A stretch of 64,000 nucleotides of DNA. Source: the human T2T-CHM13v2.0 reference genome, Homo sapiens. The position numbers and the translations under genes were made by a program. Shown in pieces: positions 56,909 through 64,000 of this stretch; within the stretch, counting starts at the first letter, position 1; every line of letters begins with the position of its first letter. The stretch is taken from the NCBI RefSeq assembly GCF_009914755.1, contig NC_060931.1. One strand, written 5' to 3'. The notes below the pieces were generated by a model. That model saw only the letters and a program-made list of their open reading frames with translations. It was not told the DNA's origin and made no database searches.

Positions 56909-57336
56909 TGCTATGGTGTGAAAATGGTTTGTCTCCACCAAAAGTCATGTTAGAATTTGATTCCTAAAGTAATGGTGTTGAGAGGTAGTAGAACCTTTAA
57001 GAGATGTTTGGGTCATGATGGCGCCATCATGAAGGGCATATGCCACTCTTGTGACACTGGGTTAGTTCTCGTGGGAGTGAGTGAGTTCTTGCTCTTGCAG
57101 GATTGGATTAGTTGCCTTTAGAGTGGGTTGTTATAAAGCAAGGTCACTCCTCGTGTGTTGGCCCTTTCACATGCACTCACTTGCATTTTTCCATCGTGTT
57201 ACAAAACTTTGTGCCAGAAGCTGCCACCAAGCTTTTGGACTTCCCAGCCTCCAGAACCATGAGCCAAATAAACTTTTCTTGATAAATTATCCAGTCTCAG
57301 CTATTCTGTTATAGCAACAGAAAACAGACTAGGACA
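56909..57336 (+). mobile_element. MST (C/D-like) MaLR LTR
   Basis: tgctatggtgtgaa...ttggacttcccagcctccagaaccatgagccaaataaac...gactaggaca; TSD agcct/agtct. Confidence 0.88.
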
Positions 57337-57884
57337 AGTCTTTTTATAAAAAATTCCATAAATGAGGGTATAGAGCTAACTTTTATTGATTCTTTGTAAT
57401 ACATGATCTCTTACTTGGTAAGGGGGGGAGAATGTGATTTAGAGAGGAATGACCCCGGGTGTCCTCCCCTCCACTCCAACTAACCTAAATGAATCTACAT
57501 AATGTGTTTAGAAAACACAGTAAAAGTTCAATAAATGCTAGCCATTTTTCTTACCCAAAGTTGCCCAGGTTGCAAGTGGCAGAACAAATATTGGGACCCA
57601 GACTTCTCTGAGACAGAAACTAACGCTCCGACCCACCACATTATTACTGTTATCAATGATTACCTTTTATCTGTCGTTTGGTTTAGTTGGGATGGTAAAA
57701 GATGAAAGAGCTCCAATAATTAGGTGTGCAGGCATTTGTGTTTTAGCTTATCAGACTTACGTTGTGTTCAGATAACTTACCTAAGCAATCAATTAGAACC
57801 CTTGTTTCTTTGTTTTTGTTTTTTAAAGAAAACTGATGAAACCAGAAATTGATTGTGATAGGAATTTGTGTTTCTTCTTGCTAC

Positions 57885-59244
<1,360 letters not shown>

Positions 59245-60787
59245 TTAGTTTCTCATGGACCAGCTGGGCCCTATGAGACAGCTGGTACAGGGCTGTCTGA
59301 AGGACCACTTAAGAGGGAACATCAGACCAGACCCCAGTGCAAAGGAGCTACAGGTATGACAGAATCCCTAAAAGCCGGAGGAGAAGGAAGTGAACAGCTG
59401 AAATGGAAGTGGATTTTACCTGACATGAACACCACAGGTGAGTGATATTGACCAATGTAGAGTGTGGGAGGTCCTTGAAAACACAAAAATGCCCATGAAA
59501 TGTGAGAAAGAGGTGGCTTTAACCATCTGCCACGTCCAGAGAGCTGGGACACTACATCATCACAATAGTAATGATTACAACTGTGCCAGTCAAAAGGAAT
59601 GACCCCTGCTGTCCTTCCCTCCACGCCAAGCCTGAATTCCTGGTGACCCAGAGACCACAGCCGTGGAGCTCCAAGAGGAGCAGAAGAATCAGGTGAGAAG
59701 AGAGAACCAAATCAACCAAGTCCCTTCCCACAACCTGGGTCAGGGATGGGGTGCTGGGACAGTGACTTCCAATGGAACTTGCAGTTTTGACGATGGCAGT
59801 GAACTGAGGACTTATGGGACCTCAAGTGACCATAGCACAGAACATTTTTATTGTCTAAGAGTGAGTAGAAAAATCTGCCTGTGTTTTTACCTGATGGCAG
59901 AGAAAGAATAAAATTAAGGGACATGGACAGACAAAAACAGAGTTGCTTTATTCCAAGAGTGTATTTCTTCAATTTAAGAGTTACATAAGACCATAAAATA
60001 TTTAAATAAATTGCCATTGAAAAACAACTGAGATATGTTTTTTTCTCCCCATGAGAAGATGATTATCTCTGTCCTCTGAGTAGGGAACTCCAGATTTTGG
60101 GGGCTACTAACAGCTGCAGAGTTTCAACACCCTAGATAGAATGGTCTGGCACCTAGAAGATAAGCCTACTTACATCTCCCTCCAAAAGATTTTGTGCAAG
60201 AGGCGAAGACTTGTCTAAAGGAGGGGAGATAAACTCTTGCTGAGAGTGGAAAGGCAGAAATGGTCTCCTGTGAGGTGGAGGCTTCCCTTCCAGAGGCTGA
60301 GAAAGAGCAGAGATTGTGGGGTTTCTGAAAGTTGTAGAGACCTGTCCCCTCCTGTTGTTACTTCCCCAGCTGGGCTGAGTGCAGGATAGCTGTCTGGCAG
60401 ACCAGTTTTTTCTCAGGCTTAGAGACTAAATGGAAAAGATACTCTGAAGAGCTCCAGGGTCCAAGGATGGCAGAGAGGAAAACTATCAGCATCTTTCTAA
60501 AGCAAAGGGCAAGAGGGTAACCATGGCAACCTGCAAAGAAGGACCAAAAGGACCCTCCTGGGCTCCAGGTACCACTCTGATGCTTACGTGCCTCACAGAG
60601 ATGGAAAGAGGCTCCTCAAACATGACTGAGAAGGAGTTTCTCACCACTGTGGTGAGGGAGATTGTGAGCTAGATTAACTCTGAATTAATAAGCCACTCTG
60701 GAACACAAAATATTTGGAGTATATCCATCTATGCTCTGGACAGACATCTAGGTACTGTAAGCCAAATCCTTGAAAAAACAGAGGTTA

Positions 60788-60953
60788 GGCTGGGCATGGT
60801 GGCTCATGTCTGTAATCCCAGCAACTTTTGGAGGCTGAGGCAGGAAGATCATTAAAGCCCGGGAGTTTGAGGCTATAGTGAGCTACGATTGTGCCACTAC
60901 CCTCCAGCCTGGGTGATGGAGCAGGATACTGTCTCAAAAAACAAAAACAAAAA
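60788..60953 (+). mobile_element. Monomer-length Alu (FRAM or arm fusion)
   Basis: TSD gaggttag. Confidence 0.9.
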
Positions 60954-61299
60954 TGGAGGTTAGAGATTTTCACATTCTCAAACAATTGCTCAAGGTTGAT
61001 TAGTTTGATCCTTCAATTGAGCTCATCAACCTAAAGTGAAAGAGGGAAAGAAATTAACTTGACACAGTGCTAATTCTCCATGTGATAGCATTCTCCCAGG
61101 GTTGAAGCTATGTCCTCTTCCAGCTTGCATTTTGCTTCAGGAAGACTATAATTACAACATCACTACCTCTTGCATGAACTTTCCCTTGCTCTCTGTGGCT
61201 GTGTGTCTCAGGCTGCCCTTGAAATCCAAGAATTGCCCAAGGCTTAGCCCATCTCTACTGGCTTCCTTCCCTTCCCCTCTCTTGCCTTTTCTTTCCCCC

Positions 61300-62499
61300 T
61301 TCTCTTTTCTTCTATGTTTAGGGGATCCTATCTGGTTCTATGCTGATGACCTTTGCATTTATTTCTTTAATCCAATCTCTCCCCCGAATTCTAGACTTTT
61401 ATATACAACTGCTTACGAAACATCTCCATTTGGGCATCTAAGGACCATTTCAAACTTAAGTTCAAAATGTAGTTCTTAAGCCCTCTCCCTCTCTAAAAAT
61501 AGAAAAATAAATAAGTTAAATAACTAACAATAAAATCCCCAGACTCTTCCCTCCCTTTGTATTTCAGTAATGGGAATTCCACAGTTGCTCCAGTTACTTG
61601 CTATTTGTCAGGAGTTATCTTCCCTACCACTTTTCCTCGCATTCCTTCCATCTAGTTGTGATGGTGAATATTGAGTGCCAACTTGTTTGGATTGACGCAT
61701 GCAAAGTATTATTCCTGGCTGTGTCTGTGAGGATGTTGCCAAAGGAGATTAACATTTGGGTCAGTGGACTGGGAGAGGCAGATCCACCCTCAATCTGGGT
61801 GGGCACCATCTAATCAGCTACCTGCACAGCCAGAATAAAGCAGGCAGAAGGACATGGAAGGACTTGACTTGCTGAGTCTTCCGGAATTCATCTTTCTCCC
61901 GTGCTGGATGCTTCCTGCCCTTGAACATCAGACTCCAAATTCTTCAGCTTTTGGACTCTTGGACTTACACCAGTGGTTTGCCAGGGGCTCTCAGGCCTTT
62001 TGGCCACAGACTGAAGGCTGCACTGTTGACTTCTCTACTTTTGAGGTTTTGGGACTGGGACTGGCTTCCTTGCTCCTCAGCTTACAGATGGCCTATTGTG
62101 GGACTTCACCTTGTGATTGTCTGGGTCAATTCTCCTTAATAAGCTCCCCTTCATATATACATCTATCCTATTAGTTCTGTCCGTCTAGAAAACCCCAACA
62201 CATACACTAGCTTATCAGCAAGTTCTATGGTCTTCACCTTTGAAATAGCCCAGTCCTGGCACCTTCTCATTGTCCCATCATCACTTCTCTCTAACTGGTC
62301 TCCATTCCCCAACTTCTCCCTCTTTGGGTTATCTTCTACCAAGAAGCCACAATGTTGATATAAACATGCAAATTGGATCACAGTTGTCCTTTGCTCAAAA
62401 TGTTTCCAAGGCATTGATTCACGCTCCGATTAGAGCTCAACAGCCTTACCTAGGGTAAGGCTCTGCAAGGCTATCCCGGGCTCTCCATGATTTGACCTT
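61300..62499 (+). mobile_element. L2 remnant, split by MLT2A
   Basis: tctatgctgatgac...catctccatttgggcatcta; ctctctaactggtctcc...ggatcacag...ctttgctcaaaa. Confidence 0.7.
61657..62206 (+). mobile_element. MLT2A (HERVL) solo LTR
   Basis: tgtgatggtgaatattgagtgccaacttg...ttgccaaaggagattaacatttgggtcagtggactggg...cctattagttctgtcc...taca; TSD ctagt/ctagc. Confidence 0.93.
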
Positions 62500-63285
62500 T
62501 GTATCAGGGTCCCAGTGCTGCTATTCCAAATTACCATACACTTAGTGGCTTACAACACAAATTTATTCTTTTATAGCTTTGGAGGCCATAGCTGAGCACA
62601 GTGGCTCATGCCTGTAATCCCAGCACTTTGGGAGACGTAGGTGGGAGGATTGCTTGAGGCCAGGAGTTTGAGGTCAGCCTAAGCAATGTAGCAATACCCT
62701 ATATTTACAAAAAAAAAAAAAATTAGCCACATGTGGTGGTATATGCCTGTAGTCCCAGCTACTTGGGAGGCTGGGATAGGAGGATCACTTGAGCCCAGGA
62801 GTTAGAGGCTACAGTGAGCTGATTGTGCTACTGGACTCCAGCCTGACAGAGTCAGACCCTGTCTCTTAAAAAAAAAATTGGAGGTTAGAAGTATAAAATC
62901 AAGGCATCAGCAGGATCACGTTCCTTCTGGAAGCTCTAAGGCAGAATCCATTTCCTCGCTTCTTTCAGCATCTTGAGGCTGCCTGCATCCCTTGGCTCAT
63001 GGGCCCATCCCTCTATCTTCAAAGCCAGCAGTGTTGCATCTCCTGTTCTCTCTGACCTCTGCTTTTGTTCTCACGTCTTCTCTCTATCTACCTGGCCCTC
63101 CTGCCTTCCTCTTATGAAGACCCTTGTGATTACACTGGGGCCACTTTGGTAATCCAGAAGAATCTCTCCTTCTCAAGGCCTTTAATCACATCGGCAAATT
63201 TCCTCTACTGTGTAAGACAGCATAGTCTCAGGTCCAGGGGTTACGACATGGACATCTTGGAAGGGCCATGATTCAGCCCACCACA
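62500..63285 (-). mobile_element. MLT1 (C-like) LTR containing an Alu
   Basis: aaattaccatacacttagtggcttacaac...atcttcaaagccagca...gacccttgtgattacactgggg...attcagcccaccaca. Confidence 0.88.
62590..62877 (+). mobile_element. Alu (AluJ-like)
   Basis: Sense Alu flanked by ttggagg. Confidence 0.94.
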
Positions 63286-63493
63286 CCTGCTTAAATTAGC
63301 TCTAACCTTGTCTCTGAATACCTGCGTTAGCACTGTGGCTTTAGCCACACTAGCCATCTTGCAAATCCTGGATACATGAAGTTTGTTCTAGATAACTGCT
63401 ATCCTCTCAGAGAGGCCTTCCCCTTTGCATCCAATTTAGAATAGTCTTCCCCCAATACTTTATTCCCTTGTCCTACTTAAAAAAAAAAACAAC

Positions 63494-63647
63494 TTTTTAA
63501 GAGATGGGGTCTTGCTATGTTGCCCAGGCTGGAGTACAATGGCACAATCATAGCTCACTTCAGCCTCCAACTCCTGGGCTCAAGTGATCCTCCTGCCTCA
63601 GCCTCTGGAGTAGCTGGGACTATGGGCATGCCACCATGCCCATCTAA

Positions 63648-63691
<44 letters not shown>

Positions 63692-63809
63692 TAAAGACAG
63701 TGTCTCATTATGTTGCCCAGGCTGGTCTCAAACTACTGGCTTCAAGCAATCCCTCCACCTCCACCTCCAAAGTTTCCAGGATTACAGGCATGAGCCGCCA
63801 CACCCAGCC
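63494..63809 (-). mobile_element. Alu (AluJ-like) with (TG)n in the linker
   Basis: (TG)n at ~63650-63688. Confidence 0.94.
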
Positions 63810-63905
63810 TCATCTTACTTTACCTTTGATAGCACTTATTATTGACCTACTATATATTTATTTGTGCATTTTCCCTCTATCACATGAAATACTATGAGGA
63901 TAGTG

Positions 63906-63980
63906 ATATATATATCTATAGCTCTATATCTATATAAATCTATCCATCTATACACATATACACACATGCACACACACACA
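63906..63980. repeat. (TA)/(TCTA)/(CA) compound microsatellite
   Basis: Seen directly. Confidence 0.85.
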
Positions 63981-64000
63981 TTTTGTTTGTTCACTGTTGT

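Noticed and set aside
59300-61075. Possible very old LTR remnants
   Set aside because: The composition is LTR-like, but I cannot assign a family or boundaries.

Overview
This is primate (human-like) non-coding genomic DNA. About 57 Alu elements or fragments make up roughly a quarter of the window. The rest includes many solo LTRs (THE1/MST/MLT1 MaLR, MLT2, MER4, MER41), old L1, L2 and MIR remnants, MER3/MER5 DNA transposon relics and microsatellites. I find no credible protein-coding gene, RNA gene, CpG island or CRISPR array. The long ORFs in the track come from Alu, LTR or microsatellite sequence. I cannot support a new enzymatic or genetic system here. The unusual structure I can support is: (1) a degenerate ~51-bp tandem array at ~15.4-16.3 kb, older than the AluJ inserted in it, which I cannot assign to a known family; (2) two TA-rich tracts (27.36-27.8 kb and 36.8-37.1 kb) that are patchworks of fold-back copies and short patches copied from sites 1.5-4 kb away, resembling templated-insertion repair scars; (3) a rearranged local copy of a THE1 LTR end with its unique flank (2.06 kb copied to 6.2 kb); and (4) a compact GC-box/CCAAT/homeodomain motif cluster at 38.4 kb. 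Repeat subfamily names are by eye from remembered consensus features, and boundaries of old elements are approximate.
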